Shown in pieces: positions 49,381-58,084 of a DNA stretch of 64,000 bases. Every line of letters starts with the position of its first letter. The first letter of the stretch is position 1. Both the position numbers and the translations under genes were made by a program. Location: positions 832,001 through 896,000 of the forward strand of contig CAVRAL010000004.1 of NCBI GenBank assembly GCA_963719085.1, in the 5' to 3' direction. Below the pieces are notes generated by a model. The model had not been told where the DNA came from. It saw only the letters and a program-made list of their open reading frames with translations, and searched no databases. The stretch comes from a candidate division FCPU426 bacterium (GTDB taxonomy: Bacteria; Oederibacteriota; Muellerivitia; Muellerivitales; Muellerivitaceae).

Positions 49381-49826
49381 CGGGGCTCGTCAAGGGGCGA
49401 ATAGGCCGGTTTAGTCAGCCTTTAAAGGGGATGACTTAAGGCCGGTGGATTCCTAACTTGATAGGCAGAGATGGTTCTTTTAAAAGATGTCGCCACGAGG
49501 CCCATGCCGCTGATCTGACAATCACCGGGTCTTAAGGGAAGGCGATGACCAACCGTTGACCCTCTTTTGAGAAAAAACAACCTCAAGGGAAGCTAAGAAA
49601 CATCCAGAGCCGCTTTTCTGGACGGTTTCGAAGCTTGTGCCTGGAGCAGGCTCAAAAGACCCCAGTCAACGTTGTGATAGACTTTTAAAAGGGAAGGATT
49701 CCAAAAGGCCTAGGATCTTCGTGAGGTTTCACGGGACCCTGGGGATATTACTTACCCCTATTGGGAGGACGGTTCCACCCGCGCGCATCATCAACCCTTT
49801 GCCGCCGGTGTCGCTCTTCGACCCGA
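49381..49826 (+). ncRNA. OLE-like large structured RNA (shortened variant)
   Basis: Ordered motifs TAGTCAG, GATGACTT, CGGTGGATTCC, TTTAAAAG, TTAAGGGAAG, CCGTTGAC, TCAAGGG, CCTGGAGCAG, TTAAAAGGGAAGGATT, CTAGG and GGACGG match the OLE consensus as recalled. Many helices are visible. The ends are approximate. Confidence 0.75.
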
Positions 49827-49860
49827 TTACAAAAAATTAACCCAATGAGGTGTAGTCGTT

Positions 49861-50817
49861 ATGTTACAAGTTGAAAACAAAGTCACCCCCCTGGTGGTTC
49901 CGTCGGCGACGACAAAGACCGCCAAAGCCATGTGGCGCAAGTTCACCCACGACGAGCAGATCGACTGGGGCGGCAGCATCGCGTTTTTCGGCGTGCACGT
50001 GATCGGGATCTGCGCGATTTTCACCGGCATCAGCTGGGCCGCCGTCGCCATGTGTTTCTTCATGTATTACATCCGCATGTTCGCCATCACGGGTGTTTAC
50101 CACCGTTACTTCTCCCACCGCACCTACAAGACCAGCCGGGTATTCCAGTTTATGCTGGCCTTCCTGGGCTGTTCCTGCGGCCAACAGGGCCCGCTTTGGT
50201 GGGCCGCCCATCACCGCCATCACCATAAGTACTCGGACACGGAAGAGGATGTGCACTCCCCCGGCCTTCGCGGCCTTTGGTGGGCCCACCTGGGTTGGAT
50301 CCTTTGCAAAAAGTACGCCCCGACCAAGGAAGAAAACGTGAAGGACTTGACCAAGTATCCGGAACTGATGTGGATCAACAAGTACCACGGGATCGCGCCT
50401 TTTCTTTTGGCCGTCGGCATCTTTTTCTTCGGCGCGTTTTTGCAAAAGGTCGCTCCCGGTCTTCACACCAACGGCCTCCAGATGATCGCTTGGGGGTTTT
50501 TCCTCAGCACCACCCTTCTTTATCACGGCACCTTCTGCATCAATTCGCTGGCCCACATTTTGGGCAAGAAGCGCTTTGAGACGGGGGATATGAGCAAAAA
50601 CAGCTTCATCCTTTCCATGATCACCATGGGAGAAGGCTGGCACAACAACCACCACCGCTATCCCTACTCGGAACGCCAAGGCATCTATTGGTGGGAGATC
50701 GACATGTCCCACTATGTGCTGACGGTTTTGTCCTGGTTCGGGCTGGTGTGGGACATCAAACTGCATCCTGAGGAAATTTACCAGGAAGCCAAAGGCCGCA
50801 AGGAAGTCGCGGCTTAA
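49861..50817 (+). CDS. Delta-9-type acyl-CoA/acyl-lipid desaturase
   Basis: His boxes HRYFSH, HRHHH and GEGWHNNHH. Confidence 0.92.
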   Translation: MLQVENKVTPLVVPSATTKTAKAMWRKFTHDEQIDWGGSIAFFGVHVIGICAIFTGISWAAVAMCFFMYYIRMFAITGVYHRYFSHRTYKTSRVFQFMLAFLGCSCGQQGPLWWAAHHRHHHKYSDTEEDVHSPGLRGLWWAHLGWILCKKYAPTKEENVKDLTKYPELMWINKYHGIAPFLLAVGIFFFGAFLQKVAPGLHTNGLQMIAWGFFLSTTLLYHGTFCINSLAHILGKKRFETGDMSKNSFILSMITMGEGWHNNHHRYPYSERQGIYWWEIDMSHYVLTVLSWFGLVWDIKLHPEEIYQEAKGRKEVAA

Positions 50818-50838
50818 GTTTCTAAAAGGTTTCTGATT

Positions 50839-50877
50839 AAAAAAATAGAGGGGATCTATGATCCCCTCTATTTTTTT
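50839..50877. terminator. Bidirectional intrinsic terminator
   Basis: A-tract, ATAGAGGGGATC / GATCCCCTCTAT hairpin, then a T-tract. Confidence 0.85.
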
Positions 50878-50915
50878 GTCCCGGGCCCGTTCGAGAAGCA
50901 AAAAAACGGCTTTGG

Positions 50916-51044
50916 AACCACGGATGAACACGGATGCACACAGATAAAGCTTAAACAAATCCAAAGGGTTCAAAGTTTTTAATATCCCCCACGGATTTGA
51001 GATTATCCCTATCCATCTGTGTGTATCTGTGTCCATCTGTGGTT
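50916..51044. repeat. REP-like palindrome (CACGGAT/ATCTGTG family)
   Basis: AACCACGGATGAACACGGATGCACACAGAT ... ATCTGTGTGTATCTGTGTCCATCTGTGGTT. Confidence 0.75.
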
Positions 51045-51129
51045 AATTAGGTTTTGTCTTGCTTGACAGCCGCTCCGCCCTCTTTTAACTTGAGACCCGT
51101 TTCAAACCCATTCCCCATCAGGAGGCCGC

Positions 51130-51669
51130 ATGCCCGAGGAAATTGAAGTCCCCACTGAGCATTTGCATGAAGCGATGGAAGAAGGCGCGGAAGAATCGAA
51201 AGAAAAATGGATCTTGGGCGTGGCCTTAAGCTCCGCCCTTTTAGCCGGCTTCGCGGCCATAGCGGCCCTGTCCGCCGGGCATAACGCCAACGAGGCCATG
51301 CTGGACCAGATCAAGGCCTCCGATCAATGGAACTATTACCAGGCCAAGGGCATCAAATCCATGGTTCTGGAATCCAAACTGGAGCTCTTGAAAGCCCAGC
51401 ACCACGCGGTTTCCAAGGATGACACGGACAAGGTGGCCCAGTACAAGGACGACCAGGAAAAAATCAGCGACGAAGCTAAGGAAGACGAGGAATCCTCCGA
51501 GTCGCACCTGAAGCACCACGAGAACCTGGCCTTCAGCGTGACCTTTTTCCAAGTGGCCATCGCGGTAGGCGCCATTTCCGCCCTGGCCCGCCGGCGCGCC
51601 TTTTGGTTTGTCAGCTTAGGCTTCGGAGTGGTGGGAATTATATTTCTCTCGATGGGATTCTGGGGTTAA
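51130..51669 (+). CDS. DUF4337 family protein
   Basis: Motif ASDQWNYYQAKGIK, with TM helices at both ends. Confidence 0.85.
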   Translation: MPEEIEVPTEHLHEAMEEGAEESKEKWILGVALSSALLAGFAAIAALSAGHNANEAMLDQIKASDQWNYYQAKGIKSMVLESKLELLKAQHHAVSKDDTDKVAQYKDDQEKISDEAKEDEESSESHLKHHENLAFSVTFFQVAIAVGAISALARRRAFWFVSLGFGVVGIIFLSMGFWG

Positions 51670-51731
51670 GGGTTCTGGTCTGAATTAAGCGCAGGAACCA
51701 AAGTTTCTTTAGTCTTAAAATGGATGGGTTC

Positions 51732-51764
51732 AAAAAAAGGGCCGCCTGATAGGCGGCCCTTTTT
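51732..51764. terminator. Bidirectional intrinsic terminator
   Basis: AAAAAGGGCCGCCT / AGGCGGCCCTTTTT hairpin. Confidence 0.85.
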
Positions 51765-51775
51765 CGTTTAGAACT

Positions 51776-51918
51776 TTAGGGATGGTGAACTACTCGGCCA
51801 TGGGCGACCTTGTGAATCACGCTGGCGATGAAGGTTTGATAAGACAAGCCCGCTTCCATTCACTCTTTTGAAAGGCGCGTAAAACTTCCCGCTCTTCACG
51901 GGTTAATTTATCTTTCAT
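51776..51918 (-). pseudogene. Internally deleted CopG/BrnA-like antitoxin relic
   Basis: MKDKLTREEREVLRAFQKSEWK is joined out of frame to MEAGLSYQTFIASVIHK. The RBS is retained. Confidence 0.6.
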
Positions 51919-52100
51919 GTTGGTCCCCCTTCATAAATTTATGCCAATGTGTTCCTTTTGGTAACAATCACGAATTAAAGGAAAAGGTTTATCCTTTAAA
52001 ACTATCATTTTGAGAAATCAAACGGCTTACCGGGCGTTTTATTAAAGAATGATCTCTCGCCGGGGTAAAATACCTCCAGTTCAATTTCAGGAGGTACAGG

Positions 52101-52505
52101 ATGAGCCAGTTTTCAAAGTATTCGGACGAAGCCTACGGCGCGCTGCGCATTGTGGCGGGGTTGCTGTTTAGCTTTCACGGGGCCCAGAAGATTCTGGGGT
52201 TATTGTCGGACCCGGCCATGATGCCGCCGGTGGGATCTCAAATGTGGATCGGCGGGATTATTGAGCTCGTCGGCGGGCTCTTGATCATGCTGGGCCTTTT
52301 CACCTGCTACGCGGGCCTATTAGCCAGCGGCGAGATGGCGGTCGCTTATTTCCAATTCCATTGGAAATTCGCCTTCAATGATAATTTTTTCCCGATCGTG
52401 AATCATGGCGAGATGGCCGTGATTTATTGCTTCTTGTTCCTGTACATCGCCGTTCATGGCGGGGGCAAGTGGTCGGTCGATAGCGCGATGAAGAATAAAA
52501 AATAA
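52101..52505 (+). CDS. DoxX family membrane protein
   Basis: Motifs LRIVAGLLF.FHGAQK, SGEMAVAYF and GGGKWSVD. Confidence 0.9.
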   Translation: MSQFSKYSDEAYGALRIVAGLLFSFHGAQKILGLLSDPAMMPPVGSQMWIGGIIELVGGLLIMLGLFTCYAGLLASGEMAVAYFQFHWKFAFNDNFFPIVNHGEMAVIYCFLFLYIAVHGGGKWSVDSAMKNKK

Positions 52506-52520
52506 GTAACGAATTTTTCT

Positions 52521-52550
52521 AAGGCCTAGCCATTCGGCTAGGCCTTTTTT
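52521..52550 (+). terminator. Intrinsic terminator
   Basis: AAGGCCTAGCC / GGCTAGGCCTT hairpin followed by a T-tract. Confidence 0.8.
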
Positions 52551-52560
52551 ATTTAAGGAA

Positions 52561-52596
52561 CCCTCGCCCCTTGCGGGAGAGGGCTGGGGTGAGGGG
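52561..52596. repeat. REP-like element (CCCTCGCCC...GGGAGAGGG family)
   Basis: Sibling of the elements at 49210 and 53636. Confidence 0.7.
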
Positions 52597-52616
52597 TGCC
52601 AGCAGTTAAAGACGGA

Positions 52617-53609
52617 TCATTTCAGTATTTTCCACTCATAAATCCGATAGCCATCATCCTTCGCCACGCCTTCATAGATATTGCCTTTGGAATCCACAAA
52701 GACCGTATGGTCTTGGATTGTGGTCAGGTCCTCGTCCGCGGTGATGAGTTCCACCAAGCCATAAGCCTTCCTCGCCGGGTCTTCCACGAAAACCCAATTG
52801 GTGAAATTGCCCTTGGGGTAGCAGACCACCTCGTTGTAGATTTTGCCGTCCCGCTCGGCCAGGGGCGCCGTGCCGTCCACGAAGGGTTTTCCCAGCAGGA
52901 AAAACTTTGAGTTCTTGTCCACCTGCAGGCGGTCGGCCTGGTCATGGTAATAGCGGCTGGTGGCGTGAAAAACCGGGAGTGTTTTCACGTGGTCGTTCCA
53001 CCGCGCCTCGTCGTCAATGGCCGCGAATTTCGCGAAGCCCCCGTCCCTCACCGGCGCGCTTAAGGAGTCCAGGGCCGTGAAGCTTCCGTCGTCATGGATG
53101 CTGTAGATCCCGCCGTTTTGAAGGGCGTACCTGGAATGGGGCTGGTCCGGGTCCAGTTCCGTCTTTTTACCCGTGACCAATCCCTTAGCATCCAGCAGGA
53201 TCAGCTGGGCGCCGGGTTTGGACATGACCTCAAAGTTTATTTTTTCATGCCGCTCCCGCGACGTTTCCAGTTGCTCCAAAAGGGCCACGCCCCCGTTGGG
53301 AAGCGCCTCCACCGAGGTAAAGCCGAAGAAGCTTTTGCCCTCGTCCAGCGGGGAAATGGTTTGAAGGAAACGCCCGTTAGGTTGATAAAGGAAAAAGTCG
53401 CGGCCTTCTTCCACCCAGAAACGCCCATGGCTGTCGACCACAAGGTCATCGGCCCCCTGGGTGGAAACGCCGGGGGTCGGGGTCTCGGCCCAGCGAAGGG
53501 TGGCAAGGTGCTGGGGAGCGGAAAAGGCGATCGTGCCGGCTTGCGTGGCCGAAGGGCCAAAGGTCAAAAGCCCGAGGATTAAAAAGGTTTTGAGCGGTTT
53601 ATTTTGCAT
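52617..53609 (-). CDS. Secreted hypothetical protein, possibly beta-propeller-like
   Basis: Signal peptide and NHL-like segments LVVDSHGRFWV / VFVDSKGNIY. Confidence 0.55.
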   Translation of the reverse strand: MQNKPLKTFLILGLLTFGPSATQAGTIAFSAPQHLATLRWAETPTPGVSTQGADDLVVDSHGRFWVEEGRDFFLYQPNGRFLQTISPLDEGKSFFGFTSVEALPNGGVALLEQLETSRERHEKINFEVMSKPGAQLILLDAKGLVTGKKTELDPDQPHSRYALQNGGIYSIHDDGSFTALDSLSAPVRDGGFAKFAAIDDEARWNDHVKTLPVFHATSRYYHDQADRLQVDKNSKFFLLGKPFVDGTAPLAERDGKIYNEVVCYPKGNFTNWVFVEDPARKAYGLVELITADEDLTTIQDHTVFVDSKGNIYEGVAKDDGYRIYEWKILK

Positions 53610-53635
53610 TTTCTTTTTTCCGGCGGATTTAAATT

Positions 53636-53674
53636 CCCCTCGCCCCTTGAGGGAGAGGGTCAGGGCGAGGGGTG
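53636..53674. repeat. REP-like element (CCCTCGCCC...GGGAGAGGG family)
   Basis: Third copy of this family. Confidence 0.7.
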
Positions 53675-53776
53675 CTAAAACTGTACTTCCAATCCTATCC
53701 TGTTTAGACGCCCGGGAAAAAATTAAAGTGTTGAGTCCTCTTCCTAAGATGTTCTGTAACTATTGGGGGATTGGAA

Positions 53777-54613
53777 TTAAGGGCTGGAAGTCACCGGGCT
53801 TTGGCCGGAAGCCAAATCTACCCTTACGCCCACACTGAGCAGGTCTGAATTGTCAGCTGATTCATCATTCCCGCCGCCTGCATTGGGACTGACGCTGGCA
53901 GGATTGGCGCCGTTGACACCGCTGCCGTTGAAACCCGAAGGGATGGGAGTGGGGACCGGGGTGGCGTTATTGGTTTGGGCAGTTTCGCCGTGGCGGCCGC
54001 CATGGTGTTTGGCGCCCGAGCGGGCATCGGTTTCCACGCCCTCAAAATTAACGCCGATGGCCTTGCTGGCGGCGAAGGCCGCGGGGAAGAAATTTTGGTT
54101 CTTATCCTTGAGCGGTATTTTGATCACGCAACTGTAATGATTCTCCGAATAGGAAGCGGCCGCGTTAAAGCCATAGCCCCCCAGAACCTCGGCGCTGGTA
54201 AAAAATTCCTGTCCCTTGGGTTCAATGAATTGCAGGTCGTCGGACCCGCGCGCGTTGGAAGCTAAAAAGCGGATGCCAAAGAACTTTTCGTCGCCCCCAT
54301 TCGGATCCAGCCAAATGGTCAGACCGTTGGTTTCCAGGACCTGGGCATATTGGGTGTAAACGTCGCCTTCCAGGTCGTTGACGGCCAGAGCGAGGTAAAG
54401 GAATTCGCCGTTATTGGAAACCCCCAGCGAAACCTTGCCGTCCTCAAACTGGGACATGGGCCCGGCCCAATCGGAGATGCCGGGTTGGATGCTGGGTCGA
54501 ATGGCCATATCCTGGGCCTGCCAGGCACTTTTGAGGTCGGCGGTCTCGCAACCGGTTAATTGGCAGACGGCAATGGCAGATAGAAGCCAAAAGCCACAGG
54601 GTCTTTTTCCCAT
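53777..54613 (-). CDS. Hypothetical lipoprotein
   Basis: Lipobox LTGC, and motifs NNGEFLYL and GLTIWLDP.G. Confidence 0.6.
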   Translation of the reverse strand: MGKRPCGFWLLSAIAVCQLTGCETADLKSAWQAQDMAIRPSIQPGISDWAGPMSQFEDGKVSLGVSNNGEFLYLALAVNDLEGDVYTQYAQVLETNGLTIWLDPNGGDEKFFGIRFLASNARGSDDLQFIEPKGQEFFTSAEVLGGYGFNAAASYSENHYSCVIKIPLKDKNQNFFPAAFAASKAIGVNFEGVETDARSGAKHHGGRHGETAQTNNATPVPTPIPSGFNGSGVNGANPASVSPNAGGGNDESADNSDLLSVGVRVDLASGQSPVTSSP

Positions 54614-54771
54614 GGAAATCCCTTCGTGGTGCAAAACAACGTGGTTCCTTTTAGACGGTGTGAAAGGGTTAAAGTATCGCGTCAGGTTTAAGAGTTTCTC
54701 CTTAACCGTCTTCAATTCGCAAGTTATTATGTCTTTTAAAATGTTTCAACCTTAAGGTGGAACAACGTTAT

Positions 54772-55137
54772 ATGAGTGATCAAAAAGCAACAATTTCCGA
54801 ACTTAAAATTATTGTCAAAAATTTTTGTGAAGAGCGTGATTGGGATCAATTTCATGGACCTAAAGATTTAGCTATTGGAATTGTTACTGAAGCTTCGGAA
54901 TTATTAGGCCACTTTCGGTTCAAATCAGAATCAGAAACTAGAAAGTATTTAAAAAATTCTAAGAAGCGATTAGAAATTGAAGATGAAGTTGCTGATACAC
55001 TCTTTATGATTTTGCGGTTAGCTCAGAAATATGACATTGATCTAAGTGGAGCATTAAAACGAAAAATGGTCCAAAATCATAAGAAATATCCCATAAAAAA
55101 AGCCAAAGGCAGCAATAAGAAGTACAACGAATTATGA
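54772..55137 (+). CDS. MazG-like nucleotide pyrophosphohydrolase (dCTPase-like)
   Basis: Motifs ERDWDQFH.PKDLA, EASEL, EDEVAD and KM..N..KYP. Confidence 0.88.
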   Translation: MSDQKATISELKIIVKNFCEERDWDQFHGPKDLAIGIVTEASELLGHFRFKSESETRKYLKNSKKRLEIEDEVADTLFMILRLAQKYDIDLSGALKRKMVQNHKKYPIKKAKGSNKKYNEL

Positions 55138-57068
55138 GACTTTATTCCGGAAGTTCTACCCAGTTCATTCAAGACTCAACTCGAAATCAAATCGCGGATA
55201 AGCTCAAACAGTCATTCTTTGAATATTTTCGTTATAACCCCTCTGTGAACGAGGTTAACTCCTGGCGCCACTCACTTTTGGCAGTTTCCTCGGTTTTTAA
55301 TGAAGCTAAGCTTTTAGATCATGGTGTTCTTTTGGAATATCAACTTCCGTTAAGTTCTAAGCGATTAGATTGCATGATTACCGGTAAAGACAAAAGTGGT
55401 TTAGACAATGCGGTCATTATTGAGTTGAAACAGTGGGAAAAATGCAAAGATTCTGATTGCGAAAACGAAGTTATGACTTGGGTTGGTGGTGCCGAAAGAG
55501 AAGTCCTGCATCCTTCCGCTCAAGTTGGACAATACAAAACATATTTACAAGACTCGCACACAGCCTTTTATGAAGGCAATGCTCCGATTGATTTAAATGC
55601 ATGCTCATATTTACATAACTATCCAAAAGAAAAAAACGATGTCATTTTTCTTGAGAAATTTGAAAATATTATAAAAGCCAATCCGCTTTTTACCAAAGAC
55701 GATGTTCCTGCATTGGAAGAATATCTTTTGACAAAGCTTGAAAAAGGCCACGGCATAGATGTATTGGAGAAAGTAGAGAAGAGTAAATATCGGCCGAGTA
55801 AAAAGCTTATGAATCATGTTGCGAATGTTATTAAAGGGAAATCCGAATACATTTTATTGGATGAACAATTAGTCGTTTTTGACAGAGTTTTGAGCACCGC
55901 AAAGCAGAGTTTGACTGATAAGAAAAAGTCTATCGTAATTATTAAAGGTGGGCCGGGAACCGGGAAATCGGTCATCGCGATCAATTTAATGGCTGAACTA
56001 TTAGCAAAAGAATTCAATGCGCACTATGTAACTGGTTCTAGGGCCTTTACGGAAACGCTTCGAAAAATTATTGGTGCTCGAGGTTCTTCTGAATTTAAAT
56101 ATTTTAATAGCTATGCCAAAGCCGAACGTCATGAAATAGATGTTTTAGTATGTGACGAAGCCCATCGCATAAGAGAAACAAGTAATAGCCGGTTTACAAA
56201 AAAGGAAAACAGATCAAATCTTCCGCAAATTGAAGAATTGTTGAAAGCCGGAAAAACTTGTGTATTTTTTCTTGATGACGACCAGGTTGTTCGACCCGGG
56301 GAAATAGGCTCGACGAAGTATTTGAAAGAAACCGCGCTTAAACAGGGATGTCAAATACATGAGTACGAATTGGAAGCACAATTTCGATGCAGCGGCTCGG
56401 ATGGATTTGTAAATTGGATTAATAACACTTTGGCGATTAAAAGAACCGCGAACGTAATTTGGAATTCTGGCAAAGAAGACTTTGAGTTTAAAGTTTTTGA
56501 AAGCCCCGAATCTTTAGAGACGGCTATTAGAAAAAAAGTTGAGGAAGGACAGACAGGACGAGTAACGGCAGGTTTTTGCTGGAAATGGTCTAACGCCAAT
56601 CCCGATGGGACATTACCGAGCGACGTCATTATTGGCGATTATAAACGACCCTGGGACGCTAGGCCCGAGGCAAAAAAGTTAGCTCCGGGAATACCCAAAG
56701 CCTCTCTTTGGGCTTACGACCCAAATGGAATTAATCAAATTGGTTGTGTTTATACCGCTCAGGGATTTGAATTTGATTATGTGGGAGTCATTTTTGGCAA
56801 AGATTTGACTTACAATTTTGATCAACAGGCTTGGGAAGGTCATAAAGAGAATAATGCGGATACTGTTGTGAAGCGATCGAAAGAAAAATTTTCGGATTTA
56901 GTCAAAAACACATATAGGGTTCTTTTGTCCCGCGGCCTAAAAGGTTGTTACGTTTATTTTATGGATAAAGATACTGAGAGATTTTTCAAGAGCCGAATGG
57001 AATTTGAATATTTTGTTGATAATGATGAAATCTCGAAGGCTGCTGAAGCTCACGAAAATAAGTTCTAA
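55134..57068 (+). CDS. DUF2075/Schlafen-group-3-like helicase with N-terminal PD-(D/E)xK-like domain
   Basis: Motifs RLD...IIELKQW, GGPGTGKS, DEAHR, QFRC, YTAQGFEFDY and YRVLLSRG. ATGA overlap with the MazG-like gene. Confidence 0.88.
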   Translation: MRLYSGSSTQFIQDSTRNQIADKLKQSFFEYFRYNPSVNEVNSWRHSLLAVSSVFNEAKLLDHGVLLEYQLPLSSKRLDCMITGKDKSGLDNAVIIELKQWEKCKDSDCENEVMTWVGGAEREVLHPSAQVGQYKTYLQDSHTAFYEGNAPIDLNACSYLHNYPKEKNDVIFLEKFENIIKANPLFTKDDVPALEEYLLTKLEKGHGIDVLEKVEKSKYRPSKKLMNHVANVIKGKSEYILLDEQLVVFDRVLSTAKQSLTDKKKSIVIIKGGPGTGKSVIAINLMAELLAKEFNAHYVTGSRAFTETLRKIIGARGSSEFKYFNSYAKAERHEIDVLVCDEAHRIRETSNSRFTKKENRSNLPQIEELLKAGKTCVFFLDDDQVVRPGEIGSTKYLKETALKQGCQIHEYELEAQFRCSGSDGFVNWINNTLAIKRTANVIWNSGKEDFEFKVFESPESLETAIRKKVEEGQTGRVTAGFCWKWSNANPDGTLPSDVIIGDYKRPWDARPEAKKLAPGIPKASLWAYDPNGINQIGCVYTAQGFEFDYVGVIFGKDLTYNFDQQAWEGHKENNADTVVKRSKEKFSDLVKNTYRVLLSRGLKGCYVYFMDKDTERFFKSRMEFEYFVDNDEISKAAEAHENKF

Positions 57069-57108
57069 ATGGTATTAAAAAAACTGGTGATTCTATAATG
57101 TTCATATC

Positions 57109-58020
57109 GTGAAAAATACAGACAATCAAATAAGGTTAAAAGCATTCAATTTTCTCGAACATCTACAAACTCTTTATAGAGATAATATTCCGCGCGCTCT
57201 TTTGGAGCGGGGATTTTTATATGAAAATCGAAAAGTTCCGTTGATTGGCCCCCAAGGAATATTTAAGCCGGCTGTTTTATCCGAGATTCCCATTAGTATA
57301 ACGACCGCTCCCATTGTCGATGGACGCCCTCGACCATACGATGATTCTTCAGCCGATGGGTTTATCAATTATAAATATCGAGGAACTGATCCCAATCATC
57401 ACGAAAATGTTGGTCTTCGAAAAGCGATTGAATCACGAACGCCACTTATTCATTTTCATGGAGTGGTTCCTGGTGTTTATTCAGCCGTTTGGCCCGTTTA
57501 TATTGTGGGAGATAATCCTCAAAAACTAACTTTTACAGTCGCCGTAGACGAGAAAGAGCAATTGTATATACCGGATCAAAGAGAAGCCGTTATTGTGATG
57601 GAGGCGCGGAGACGTTATCAAACTGTTGAAACTCAAATGCGACTTCACCAAGCGGGATTTCGGTATAAAGTATTAAAGGCTTATCAAGAGAGATGCGCCA
57701 TCTGTCATCTTCAACAGCCAAAATTGTTGGAAGCAGCGCATATTCTGCCAGACAAGCATCCGCAAGGCTTACCGGTAGTTCAAAATGGTATTTCACTTTG
57801 CATGATCCATCATGGTGCCTATGACAATAATATTGTCGGTATAAGTCCTGACTATTCTGTTGAACTAAATCATGAGGTTTTAAAACAGAAGGATGGTCCA
57901 ATGCTTTTACACGGGCTCCAAGAATTCCATGAAAAAAAATTAATTCTTCCGAGAAGTCGATCAGAATGGCCGAAACCCGAATTTTTAGAAGAACGCTATC
58001 GTGAATTTAAGGCGAGCTGA
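57109..58020 (+). CDS. HNH endonuclease with SRA-like N-terminal domain (putative modification-dependent restriction)
   Basis: HNH motif CAIC...LEAAHI...NGISLC..HH..YD. N-terminal GIFKP, PYDD and YKYRGTDPNH. Confidence 0.8.
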   Translation: MKNTDNQIRLKAFNFLEHLQTLYRDNIPRALLERGFLYENRKVPLIGPQGIFKPAVLSEIPISITTAPIVDGRPRPYDDSSADGFINYKYRGTDPNHHENVGLRKAIESRTPLIHFHGVVPGVYSAVWPVYIVGDNPQKLTFTVAVDEKEQLYIPDQREAVIVMEARRRYQTVETQMRLHQAGFRYKVLKAYQERCAICHLQQPKLLEAAHILPDKHPQGLPVVQNGISLCMIHHGAYDNNIVGISPDYSVELNHEVLKQKDGPMLLHGLQEFHEKKLILPRSRSEWPKPEFLEERYREFKAS

Positions 58021-58084
58021 AGAATTTAAAGAGCATTGTATTTGGTTTGAGAGTTTAAACGAAAAATTCTGCAAGGAGTAAATT

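Noticed and set aside
49637..49840. 67-aa ORF inside the dinB-desaturase gap
   Set aside because: No RBS and no recognisable motif. It overlaps the structured RNA.
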